Assembly (NCBI GenBank): GCA_943356495.1
Contig: CALRFF010000001.1
Coordinates: forward strand, 158,864-191,011
Origin: Candidatus Nomurabacteria bacterium
GTDB taxonomy: Bacteria; Patescibacteriota; Minisyncoccia; Phycocordibacterales; SBAW01
Direction of reading: 5' to 3'
Length of the DNA stretch: 32,148 nucleotides
The notes beneath the pieces were generated by a model, which did not search any database, was not told where the DNA came from, and worked only from the letters and a program-made list of their open reading frames with translations. Of this stretch, positions 16,265 through 24,713 are shown one piece after another. A program made the translations under genes and the position numbers. Position 1 is the stretch's first letter, and each line of letters opens with the position of its first letter.

Positions 16265-16932
16265 CAGCGCTCGGCGGTATACTCCCCGCACTACTATGGC
16301 TCGCATTTTGGTTGCTGGAAGACCGGTGCCAACCGGAGCCAAAAAAATACATCGTACTTTCTTTCATACTCGGCATGGTCGCGGTGCCTTTGGTATTGCC
16401 GCTCGAGCGCATGGCTATGGGCTACTTTGCCATCGGCTCGTTTAGTCTGCTTATGGCGTGGGCGCTGCTCGAAGAGGGTTTTAAGTTTATCGCCGCGTAC
16501 TTAGGGGGCTTAAGGTTTGCCGCCTTTGACGAGCCGCTCGACGGCGTTATCTACCTCGTTACCGCAGCACTCGGCTTTTCTGCGCTCGAAAACGCGCTGT
16601 TTTTGTACTCGCCGCTCATGCAAGGCGAGGTATTGCGCACGATTGTCACCGGCGACCTGCGTTTTATAGGCGCCACGCTCCTGCATACCCTTGCCTCGGC
16701 AACTATCGGTATTTCCATTGCGCTCTCCTACTACAAACCCGCGGCGGTACGCCGCATGGCGGCCATAGGCGGAGTTATCCTTGCGGTGGCGTTGCATACG
16801 CTCTTTAACTTTTTTATACTGGGACAAGGTGGTAATGCGACCTTTTGGGTATTCCTTTGCATCTGGTTCGGCATTATTGCGGCGCTGTTGATGGTAGAGC
16901 GGGTTAAACAACCAAGAGCTGACTATTGCTAA
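16240..16932 (+). CDS. prsW: PrsW-family intramembrane metalloprotease
   Basis: LEEGFK, ALGFSALEN, LLHTLAS, LHTLFN motifs; multi-TM; overlaps the valS end by 25 nt. Confidence 0.85.
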   Translation: MANTALILAALGGILPALLWLAFWLLEDRCQPEPKKYIVLSFILGMVAVPLVLPLERMAMGYFAIGSFSLLMAWALLEEGFKFIAAYLGGLRFAAFDEPLDGVIYLVTAALGFSALENALFLYSPLMQGEVLRTIVTGDLRFIGATLLHTLASATIGISIALSYYKPAAVRRMAAIGGVILAVALHTLFNFFILGQGGNATFWVFLCIWFGIIAALLMVERVKQPRADYC

Positions 16933-16937
16933 CACGT

Positions 16938-17417
16938 ATGGCGACTAAAGAAAAAAAATCTATATTCGAGTGGCTTACCGGCGGCGGCGAGGCCGACACC
17001 TTTGACGAAATAGAGAGCGGGGGGTCTTCGTATGTTGCCGTAAGCAAAACCGGCGCTGCAACCGCACTCCCTGTAGAGGAAGAAGAGGCGGGCGAGTTGG
17101 CGGTAGACGTATACCAAACTCCGACCCATATCATTATTAAAGCGATGATAGCGGGAGTGCGCCCCGAAGACTTAGATGTGTCCATTACGCGCGATATGGT
17201 AACCGTGCGCGGTAAACGCGAGCGCCACACCGAAGGCACGGCGGGTGACTTCTTTTTTCAGGAACTGTACTGGGGCTCCTTTAGCCGCACTATCTCGCTG
17301 CCGCAGGAGGTAGAGATAGAGGACGCCGAGGCGTCCGAAAAGCACGGGCTTTTGATAATCCGCTTACCCAAGCTCGACAAGGGCCGGCAAGCAAAATTGA
17401 AAGTTAAGTCAAACTAA
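16938..17417 (+). CDS. Hsp20/alpha-crystallin small heat-shock protein
   Basis: VDVYQT...IIKAMIAGVRPEDLDVSI...TVRGKRE...ELYWGSFSRTISLP...GLLIIRLPK. Confidence 0.93.
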   Translation: MATKEKKSIFEWLTGGGEADTFDEIESGGSSYVAVSKTGAATALPVEEEEAGELAVDVYQTPTHIIIKAMIAGVRPEDLDVSITRDMVTVRGKRERHTEGTAGDFFFQELYWGSFSRTISLPQEVEIEDAEASEKHGLLIIRLPKLDKGRQAKLKVKSN

Positions 17418-17447
17418 AAAAATCCCCGTTGGGGATTTTTTGTTTTT
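17417..17447. terminator. Bidirectional terminator between hsp20 and tRNA-Phe
   Basis: aaaaaatcccc-gtt-ggggatttttt plus T-run. Confidence 0.8.
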
Positions 17448-17452
17448 GGCTG

Positions 17453-17525
17453 TGCTTGGGGCCGGGATCGAACCGGCGACCTATTCCTCTTCAGGGAAGC
17501 GCTCTACCAACTGAGCTACCCAAGC
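17453..17525 (-). tRNA. tRNA-Phe(GAA)
   Basis: GCTTGGG/CCCAAGC acceptor, TAGCTCAGTTGGTAGAGC, loop CT-GAA-GA, GTTCGATCC. Confidence 0.93.
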
Positions 17526-17553
17526 ATCCCGCAGATTCTAGCAAAATCCGGCC

Positions 17554-17865
17554 TTACGGTCGAGTGGTTGTAGCTCGCTTAAAATAGTTGCTCAAAAACT
17601 CCTGCACCTGCCCCTCCCAGCCCTGCAGGCGGGTGGCGCCCTCTTGGGCACTGGTATAAATGTTTTCTATCTTCTGGACATACGGCTGCACGTAATAGTA
17701 ATATGCCGCGCCGGTAATACCCACAATGGTCAGCCACCACGCCAGCTGGAAGAGCATCCCCCAGCGCGCACGGCGGTGCATTTTGTGCATTAACTTGTTG
17801 GTGTCTTGGGTCAACCCCTTAAGGTCCTCTACTTCCTGTTTAAGCTCGTCTAAGTCGTTGGCCAT
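17554..17865 (-). CDS. Hypothetical single-TM protein with N-terminal coiled coil
   Basis: MANDLDELKQEVEDLK..., TM LAWWLTIVGITGAAYYYYV; TGTTAAAAT 7 nt before ATG. Confidence 0.7.
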   Translation of the reverse strand: MANDLDELKQEVEDLKGLTQDTNKLMHKMHRRARWGMLFQLAWWLTIVGITGAAYYYYVQPYVQKIENIYTSAQEGATRLQGWEGQVQEFLSNYFKRATTTRP

Positions 17866-17892
17866 ACTTACGATTTTAACATTAAAATGTTG

Positions 17893-17964
17893 TGCCCTCG
17901 GCAGGAATCGAACCCACATCAGCCCCTTAGGACGGGGCTGTTCTATCCATTGAACTACGAGGGC
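17893..17964 (-). tRNA. tRNA-Arg(CCT)
   Basis: GCCCTCG/CGAGGGC acceptor, GTTCAATGGATAGAAC D arm, GCCCC-GTCCTAA-GGGGC, GGTTCGATTCC. Confidence 0.9.
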
Positions 17965-17968
17965 GCCC

Positions 17969-18211
17969 TTATGCCGTCAGTCCTAGCTTGCCCGCCAACC
18001 TTTCGCGGTCAAAGCCCACCATGACATCGCCGCCCACCACAATAACCGGTACGCCAAGCTGGCCGGTCATCTTAATCATTTCCTCGCGCTTAACCGCGTC
18101 TTGCGACACATCGTAGTTGATAAAGGCTATGCCCTTTTCGGTAAAAAACTCCTTAGCCATCTTGCAAAAGTGGCAGGTCGGAGTCGAGTAAATGGTTACA
18201 GTTTTATCCAT
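17969..18211 (-). CDS. Glutaredoxin-like (NrdH/YruB-type) protein
   Basis: VTIYSTPTCHFC (CxxC), GQLGVPVIVV, MVGFD; 80 aa from ATG 18211. Confidence 0.92.
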   Translation of the reverse strand: MDKTVTIYSTPTCHFCKMAKEFFTEKGIAFINYDVSQDAVKREEMIKMTGQLGVPVIVVGGDVMVGFDRERLAGKLGLTA

Positions 18212-18253
18212 ATCGATACAGTATACGTTTTTTTGTACGACCTGCAAATTGGG

Positions 18254-18324
18254 TGCGGAATGGGAGAATCGAACTCCCGTCCTATGCTTGGGAAGCACAT
18301 GTTTTACCACTAAACTAATTCCGC
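18254..18324 (-). tRNA. tRNA-Gly(CCC)
   Basis: GCGGAAT/ATTCCGC acceptor, TAGTTTAGTGGTAAAAC, TGTGC-TTCCCAA-GCATA, GTTCGATTC. Confidence 0.93.
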
Positions 18325-18338
18325 GAAACCAAATTAAT

Positions 18339-18731
18339 TTACCATATAACGACCGCTGCCCATAGGCGCGCCCAAAAGCCCTGCGGCTCGGCACTGGCCC
18401 CCGCGGGGTCGGCGGGCTGCCGCACAATGTCTATCTCGCCCTCCCCAGGGTGCCCCATACCGTAGCGCTGGCGCACTGCCGCCTCGAGCCCCCGTTCGGT
18501 GGTAAGGCCCTCTACCGTGGCCGAAACAGTGGCGTGCTGAGCCTCTAGGGTGGCAAGCTCGGCCTGCGCTGCCGCGTTGGCGGCGCTCGCGTCGAGGAAC
18601 TTCTGATACATGCCCCATGCCGCCTGTGCCGAGCCGGCGGCCACCAACACCAGCACACCTAGCACCACCAACCCTCCGCCCATTTTTAGGTACTGCCGGC
18701 CCCTCCCCCGTTCTTTTTTGAAATCCTTCAT
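18339..18731 (-). CDS. Septum formation initiator (FtsB/DivIC-like) protein
   Basis: Basic N-terminus, one TM, coiled coil, then LEAAVRQRYGMGHPGEGEI, resembling the DivIC E..AR..LG...PGE pattern. Confidence 0.7.
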   Translation of the reverse strand: MKDFKKERGRGRQYLKMGGGLVVLGVLVLVAAGSAQAAWGMYQKFLDASAANAAAQAELATLEAQHATVSATVEGLTTERGLEAAVRQRYGMGHPGEGEIDIVRQPADPAGASAEPQGFWARLWAAVVIW

Positions 18732-18752
18732 CGTCTATGATATTCTACCAGT

Positions 18753-18866
18753 ATGTTTGACCTCTTCGGTAAAAACCGCGACCGCAATACCCGCATCTTC
18801 GGGAGTATCGTGGGCGTGTTGGTCATCGGGTCCATGTTGTTCGCCTACTTCGCCCTTTTGTTCTAA
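18753..18866 (+). CDS. Small single-TM protein (37 aa), absent from the ORF track
   Basis: MFDLFGKNRDRNTRIFGSIVGVLVIGSMLFAYFALLF*; TGATATTCT 6 nt before ATG; the stop abuts the lepA stop. Confidence 0.65.
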   Translation: MFDLFGKNRDRNTRIFGSIVGVLVIGSMLFAYFALLF

Positions 18867-20699
18867 CTAGTCGCTCTTAACCATTTTAAGAAACACGTCC
18901 TCAGGGATGTTGACCTTGCCGCGGCCGAGCATCTTCTTTTTGCCCTTCTTTTGTTTTTCGCGGAGCTTCATTTTGCGGGTGATATCTCCCCCGTACATAT
19001 GCTGGGTAACGTCTTTACTGAGCGCCGAAAGCGTTTTAGACGACAGTATCCGGCCCAACGCTTGGCCTTGTATTTTGGTCGTAAACATTTGCCGCGGCAA
19101 AATGCCATATAGCTTTTCGACCGCGGCTTCGGCCTCTTCGTAGGCGCGATGCTCGGCCACTACCCTAGTAAAGGCGGGTACCGGCTCATCGGCGACCAGT
19201 ATGTCGAGCCGTACTACATGGGCCAAGCGCATCTCCCTCATTTGGTAGGAAACACTGGCATACCCTGAAGACGCGCTTTTTATCTTGTCGAAGAAGTTGC
19301 GCATAAGCTCGCGCAAGGGCATCACGACCGTAAGCTTCATGCGGCCTTCGGAAAAATTATCAGTAACTTCGGTTACTCCCTCGTGCTCAAAAAGAAGCGT
19401 GGCTATAGCCCCCACATACTCGGCGGGCAAAATAATCTCCGCCGCGACAAACGGCTCCCATACTTTTGCCACGTCTCCGTGGTCGGGGAAGAGCGACGGT
19501 GAGTACACCGTGCGGCGTTTGCCGTCGCGGGTTTCGACCTCGTACTGAATGCTCGGCGTGGTCACTACTAAACTCAAGTTCGACTCGCGGCGCAGACGCT
19601 CGGTCACTATTTCGAGGTGGAGCATACCCAAGAGCCCACAACGGAATCCGCGGCCGAGCACGCCGGAAGACTCTTCCTCAAACGACAGTGACGAGTCGGA
19701 GAGGCGCAGACGCGTGAGCGCTTGGCGCAGTGCGGTAAAGTCGTCTTGGCTTTCGGGGTACAGCGATGCCCACACGACCGGCTTCGGTTCGGCATAGCCT
19801 GCGAGTATATGCGTTTTACTGCGCGCGGCGCGCACGGTGTCGCCGACACGCGCGAGCCCCGGCTCTTTAATGCCGGTGACGATGTACCCTATCTCCCCCG
19901 CTACCAGTTTTGCAGCCGGTTTTGGCGCCGGAGAAAAGGTGCCCACCTCGAGCGCGGTAAAGCGCCGCTCGCCGATGGCAAACTCAAGCGCGTCGCCTTT
20001 GGCAAGCACGCCTTCGAATAAACGTAAAAATACAATGACCCCTTGATGGTCGGAGTATTGAAAGTCAAAGATAAGCGCTCTGGGTTCGGCAGAGGCTGAT
20101 GCGACGGTAGGGCTTGGCTTAGCGGCCCGGAGCGCCGGCGCAGCGGCCTCTGCCGAACCCTCTCGCGGTGGCGGCACGCGCTCGATAACCGCGGCAAGCA
20201 AGGCTTCTACCCCCGCTCCGCTGCGGCCGGAGCACAGGAGTATCTCGCTCTCTTCTATATCCAGCAGTCGGGCGACTTGTCCCTGCACGTCGGCAATGTT
20301 TGCCAACGGCGAATCTATTTTAGAAAGGGCGGGTATGATAATAAGCCCCTGCTCGCGGGCCATGCGCAAGGTGGTCAGCGTCTGCGCCTGCACGCCCTGC
20401 GTCGCGTCTACCAGCAATATCGCGCCCTCAACGGCGGTAAGCGCGCGGGAGACCTCGTAGCTAAAGTCGATATGGCCGGGGGTGTCTATAAGGTTAAGGA
20501 TGTACCCTTTGTACTCCATGCGCACCGGCTGCATTTTTATGGTGATACCGCGCTCGCGCTCAAGCTCCATCGAGTCGAGCACCTGCTCCTTCATTTTGCG
20601 GGCCTCGATGGTGTGGGTAACCTCAAGAAAACGATCGGCAAGCGTTGACTTGCCGTGGTCTATATGGGCAATGATGGAGAAGTTGCGTATCTGGTGCAC
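18867..20699 (-). CDS. lepA: Elongation factor 4 (LepA)
   Basis: IRNFSIIAHIDHGKSTLADR, ERERGITIK, DTPGHIDF, GFRCGLLGMLHLEI, KDVTQHMYGGDITRKMKL. Confidence 0.98.
   Translation of the reverse strand: MHQIRNFSIIAHIDHGKSTLADRFLEVTHTIEARKMKEQVLDSMELERERGITIKMQPVRMEYKGYILNLIDTPGHIDFSYEVSRALTAVEGAILLVDATQGVQAQTLTTLRMAREQGLIIIPALSKIDSPLANIADVQGQVARLLDIEESEILLCSGRSGAGVEALLAAVIERVPPPREGSAEAAAPALRAAKPSPTVASASAEPRALIFDFQYSDHQGVIVFLRLFEGVLAKGDALEFAIGERRFTALEVGTFSPAPKPAAKLVAGEIGYIVTGIKEPGLARVGDTVRAARSKTHILAGYAEPKPVVWASLYPESQDDFTALRQALTRLRLSDSSLSFEEESSGVLGRGFRCGLLGMLHLEIVTERLRRESNLSLVVTTPSIQYEVETRDGKRRTVYSPSLFPDHGDVAKVWEPFVAAEIILPAEYVGAIATLLFEHEGVTEVTDNFSEGRMKLTVVMPLRELMRNFFDKIKSASSGYASVSYQMREMRLAHVVRLDILVADEPVPAFTRVVAEHRAYEEAEAAVEKLYGILPRQMFTTKIQGQALGRILSSKTLSALSKDVTQHMYGGDITRKMKLREKQKKGKKKMLGRGKVNIPEDVFLKMVKSD
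20082..20160. repeat. In-frame hairpin element in lepA carrying repeat core copy 2 (20111-20135)
   Basis: Perfect 15-bp inverted repeat gggttcggcagaggc 20082-20096 / gcctctgccgaaccc 20146-20160 around a 49-nt loop. Confidence 0.85.
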
Positions 20700-20711
20700 A
20701 AGAGGAATCTA

Positions 20712-22394
20712 TCACGAAATGTCCGATGGTTCGAGCGCGACCGGCGGCGTGTCTTTAAATTTGCGGGCAAACGCGTCCCACACCTCAAATAGCTCCGGTG
20801 TTTTAAGCAGCCATAATACCGCCGCGACCGACAAGAGCCCCACCAGTCCGCCGCACAGTCCTTGGGTAAATATGCCGAGTGCCGTGTTGATGTCGACGTA
20901 TAATCCCGCAATACCGAGCGCCCCGTAGGCGCATGCGCCGCCGATAATCGCCGCGGCAAAACTTTGGAAGGAAAGACGCCACAGTGCGCTCGTACCAAGG
21001 AGCTGGAAGTCCCTGCTAAACGCCCAGAGTGCGAGCGTACACTCGACTATGGCGCCGAGCGCCAAGGCGAGCGCCAACGTAAGCACGGTAGTGCCGGCCA
21101 AGTCACTGACGCGCAGCAGCGACTCGATAAAAAAGCGTACGAACGGACTTTCATGAAACAGGGCCGCCAGCGTCACCGCACCGCCGATAGACACCACCAC
21201 GTTGGCCAGCGCAAAGTAAAACGGCTTGCGCGTGTTGCCCGCGGCATAATACGCGCGCGAGATAAGCATCTTAATCGACTGCGCCAGCAAGGACACTATT
21301 AATAGTGCCAGCGCCGCGGCCACTAACCGTGTAGCCGCCCAGTCAAAAGCGCCGCTCCCCAAGATAACGCGCACCAGCTGGGCGCGTAGCACGATAATAA
21401 GCACCGTTGCCGGCACCGCCCAAAAGAGCACGTGGCGCAGAGCTGTCTCGACGTGCGCGGCAAACTCGCGTGTTGAACCGCCCGCAAAAAGTCTGGAGAG
21501 TGTAGGAAAAGCGGCCACCGAGTACGACACGCCGATAATAGTAAGCGGCACGGCTTGCAAGTTCCACGCAAACATAAATACCGAAATAGACCCCGCCGAC
21601 AGAAACGATGCCAGCGCGGTAAGTACCAGCAATGATATTTGGTTGGCGCTGAGCGCTAGTGTCCGCGGTACCGAAAGCACCAACACTTCGCGCAAATAGC
21701 GCATAAATTGCCGCAGCGGCAAGGGCTCGCCCGCCGGTTCCGCCCTGAAGTACGGCGCTTGCACGAGCAGGTGCATAAGCGCGCCCAGTACCACGCCCCA
21801 CGCCAACCCCATCAGTCCCATGTACGGGTATAGCACAAGGATGCCGAAAATAATCCCGAGGTTGTAAAGCAAGGGTGATACCGAGTACAGCACAAAGCGG
21901 TGACGTAGTTGGGTAAGGTTGGCAAGAATATTGCTGGCGCCAAGGAGTATCGGCTGCAACAATAAAATACGCGTAAGCAAAACAAGATTGTCTCCGCCGG
22001 TTGCCACAAGCCCCGGGGCCACCAACGCCACCAGCTGCGGTGCAAACACAAAAGCTACCCCCGCCACCACGCCCATCGCGCCAAAAAACCATAGGAGCGC
22101 CTGCCGCAAAAAAGAAATAACGAGCCCCGGCCGTTCCTGTTCGAGCCGCGAAAGTACCGGCAGTAGCGCATACAGCGAAAGCAGCGACGCCACCGTGGCA
22201 AACAGCAAGTCGGGTATACGAAAGGCCGCGTAGTACACGTCGAGCGTGTGCGATGCGCCGAAGGAGCCCGCAAGCAGGCGGTCGCGCACCAACGCAAGCA
22301 GCTGCGACAACAGTGCAAAGGCCGCCAACAAGTAGGCGGCCTCGTGCATGCCCCGGATTTCTTTACCGACCGCGGATAGGAGTGACCGGACCAT
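20712..22394 (-). CDS. murJ: Lipid II flippase MurJ (MviN)
   Basis: LLSQLLALVRDRLLAGSFGA...DVYYAAFRIPDLLF, FSPLLYN-like YSVSPLLYNLGII, LSRAY-like ISRAYYA; about 13-14 TM. Confidence 0.93.
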   Translation of the reverse strand: MVRSLLSAVGKEIRGMHEAAYLLAAFALLSQLLALVRDRLLAGSFGASHTLDVYYAAFRIPDLLFATVASLLSLYALLPVLSRLEQERPGLVISFLRQALLWFFGAMGVVAGVAFVFAPQLVALVAPGLVATGGDNLVLLTRILLLQPILLGASNILANLTQLRHRFVLYSVSPLLYNLGIIFGILVLYPYMGLMGLAWGVVLGALMHLLVQAPYFRAEPAGEPLPLRQFMRYLREVLVLSVPRTLALSANQISLLVLTALASFLSAGSISVFMFAWNLQAVPLTIIGVSYSVAAFPTLSRLFAGGSTREFAAHVETALRHVLFWAVPATVLIIVLRAQLVRVILGSGAFDWAATRLVAAALALLIVSLLAQSIKMLISRAYYAAGNTRKPFYFALANVVVSIGGAVTLAALFHESPFVRFFIESLLRVSDLAGTTVLTLALALALGAIVECTLALWAFSRDFQLLGTSALWRLSFQSFAAAIIGGACAYGALGIAGLYVDINTALGIFTQGLCGGLVGLLSVAAVLWLLKTPELFEVWDAFARKFKDTPPVALEPSDIS

Positions 22395-22396
22395 TA

Positions 22397-24610
22397 CTAA
22401 TTTTCAACGGGAGTGGTATCGGCTGCGGCAGGCGCGCTCTCGGTGGAGAGTGCGGGCCGGCCGGCCTCGAGATTTTTAAGAATCTTTGTAACCTCCGCGT
22501 TGTCGGGGTTAGTTTTTGACAACTGTGCAAACAACGCAATCGCGTCTTGTGTGCGGCCCTCGGCGGCGTAGGAAAGCCCGAGGAAATACTGCGCGTTGGC
22601 ATAGTCGGGCTGGAGTATAAGCGCCTGCTCGAGCGGCGGTATCGCGTTTTTGGTGTCCCCGCCCGCGTAGTACAAGAGTCCCAGCTGGAGCCACACTGAC
22701 GGCACTCCCGGCGCGCTTTTAACCGCGGTTTGCGTGTCGCGTATGGCCGAGGCAAGGTCGTTGCGCGCGATATCTACCTGCGCCAAAAATAGTATGGCGT
22801 CGGTGTAGTCGGGTTTAAGTGTGAGCGCCTGTTTAATAAACTGATCGACTCCCTGAGGAGTGCCCGCCACCGCCTCGAGTTTTGCCTGCATCAGCGGCAA
22901 CGCCGGACTAAGCGGAGTCAGCGCCGCAGCGGCGGCATAGGCGGACTTTGCGTTTGCATACGCGCCTTCGACTTTATTGACCGCCAAAAAGTCGTACACC
23001 CGGCCGATCGATACAAGCGAACGGTAGTCTTGGTTGTCGAGCACAAGCGCTTGTTGGCCTGCCGCGATAGTTTGCTGCAAGAGCGCGGTAAACGCCTGCT
23101 GCGAGTCGGGCTTGGCCGCCTTGGCAAGCTCCTGCAACTTAACGGCACCTATGTCGGTAAGCAAACGCAAGTTTTCAGAATTGCGTTCGATACTAACCGA
23201 GCGCGCCGCCAACGTGTAGGCTTTGTCTACGTCGTTGCTTTGCAAAGCAGCCGCCGCCTGTCCTATATATATTTGCGCTACAAAACGCTTCATCGAAACG
23301 CCCACAGTCCATACCAGTGCAAACACGAGTAGCACATACGTAGGCAAGAGCAGCCACCTCGCCGATATCGTAAATGTGCCGTGCCACAGCAAGCCTATAG
23401 CAATACCCGCGGTCGCAAAGGCGACAAGGAGGAGGTTGGGGCTCGGGACATACGCCACCACTACCGCCCACCACAACAAACCGGCGCACGCCGTAGTAAG
23501 CAATACCAGGCGGCCTTCTGTAACACGGCGAGTGCGCCACAAACCGGCAAGCAGTAACACTGCGGGCAACAGCCACGCCAGCGCGCCAAACAAGCCCACC
23601 GAGCTAAAGGCGGTGGTAAGGGTTGAATAACCGACCGAAAAGTCGAGATTCCAGAACTGAGACTGGTTGACCTCGGCCGGCTTGTGGGAAAGCCATGAAA
23701 GCCCGAAGGTATTGGGGCCGGTGCCGAGCGCCGCGTTTTTTATAGAGGTGCCGTGCGCCGCCTGCGTAAGCTCGACCGTCGACTGTATCGACGGACGTAT
23801 CTCAAGCGCGGTAACCGGTATGACCTTAGATAGTTGGGCGTTTAGCGCCGCTCCGAAAAAAAGAAACACAACTGCAACCAAACCGGCTACTACAGGGGGC
23901 CACGCGACGCGACGCGACGAAACCCACGCAATAACGGCAAGGGTGGTCGCTATTATAAAGAGCAGCACCCACGCAACCGGAAAGTTGACCACGCCAAGCA
24001 GCACCAGCAATACCGCGAGCGCCGCCGCGGCGCCGCGGCGCATCCGGTGGGAAAGGCGGCCGAACTGCATTTCAAGCAGGACAAAAAAGCTCAGTAGCAA
24101 TACCACGATACCAAAGTCGTTCCACTTGCCTACCAAGTTAACCGAACGATCGGTAAAGGGACCGGGTAGCCCAAGAAGCAACACAATAGTTTGAAATATT
24201 GCCGCCAGTGCAAGGACGCCGAACAGTGTGCGGACAAACATCCACACTTGCGCCGTTGTTTTAAAGAGCGCCGCCCCTAAAAACGCCACCAGAAACGCGA
24301 GTGTAGTAAACAAGAGTGTGTCGGCCTCGATACCGGTACCGATAACTCCTACCGCGCGATTGGCGGAAAATGCAAAAGAAAGCAGGTATGTCAGGGGTAA
24401 AAGCGCCAGCAGCAATGCCCCGCCCGGGAGCGGCTCGGTCTCTCCCTTCCAAAACGCCCATGCGTACAGAGCGCCCGCGACCAACATACACAATGCGACG
24501 GCGGTTATTTTCCCGGCGATAAGCGGAAAAGAGCTAAGTGGGATAAACAAAAGCACCGCGAGTACGACCCCTGTTAAATACGCGCGCCGAGCCCACATAA
24601 CGGATTTCAT
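22397..24610 (-). CDS. Polytopic membrane protein (O-antigen ligase/Wzy_C-like) fused to C-terminal TPR repeats
   Basis: About 12 TM with GKWNDF and GTGPNTF motifs; TPRs such as AWLQLG-like VWLQLGLLYY, LEQALILQPDYANAQYFLG. Confidence 0.75.
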   Translation of the reverse strand: MKSVMWARRAYLTGVVLAVLLFIPLSSFPLIAGKITAVALCMLVAGALYAWAFWKGETEPLPGGALLLALLPLTYLLSFAFSANRAVGVIGTGIEADTLLFTTLAFLVAFLGAALFKTTAQVWMFVRTLFGVLALAAIFQTIVLLLGLPGPFTDRSVNLVGKWNDFGIVVLLLSFFVLLEMQFGRLSHRMRRGAAAALAVLLVLLGVVNFPVAWVLLFIIATTLAVIAWVSSRRVAWPPVVAGLVAVVFLFFGAALNAQLSKVIPVTALEIRPSIQSTVELTQAAHGTSIKNAALGTGPNTFGLSWLSHKPAEVNQSQFWNLDFSVGYSTLTTAFSSVGLFGALAWLLPAVLLLAGLWRTRRVTEGRLVLLTTACAGLLWWAVVVAYVPSPNLLLVAFATAGIAIGLLWHGTFTISARWLLLPTYVLLVFALVWTVGVSMKRFVAQIYIGQAAAALQSNDVDKAYTLAARSVSIERNSENLRLLTDIGAVKLQELAKAAKPDSQQAFTALLQQTIAAGQQALVLDNQDYRSLVSIGRVYDFLAVNKVEGAYANAKSAYAAAAALTPLSPALPLMQAKLEAVAGTPQGVDQFIKQALTLKPDYTDAILFLAQVDIARNDLASAIRDTQTAVKSAPGVPSVWLQLGLLYYAGGDTKNAIPPLEQALILQPDYANAQYFLGLSYAAEGRTQDAIALFAQLSKTNPDNAEVTKILKNLEAGRPALSTESAPAAADTTPVEN

Positions 24611-24675
24611 ACACTCAAGTATACCTCAGACGTTTCTGCGGGCGGTGTGGATTTCTTGCGTTGTCGACAAGAGCA

Positions 24676-24704
24676 GGCAAAAGCCCCGCGGTAGCGGGGC
24701 CTTT
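24676..24704 (-). terminator. Terminator after rnpB
   Basis: gccccgc-ggta-gcggggc stem with TTTT following on the minus strand. Confidence 0.6.
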
Positions 24705-24713
24705 ACACATCTA

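Noticed and set aside
18610-18870. 86-aa plus-strand ORF from the track
   Set aside because: Mostly antisense to the FtsB-like gene; the 37-aa ORF at 18753 in another frame is the better candidate.
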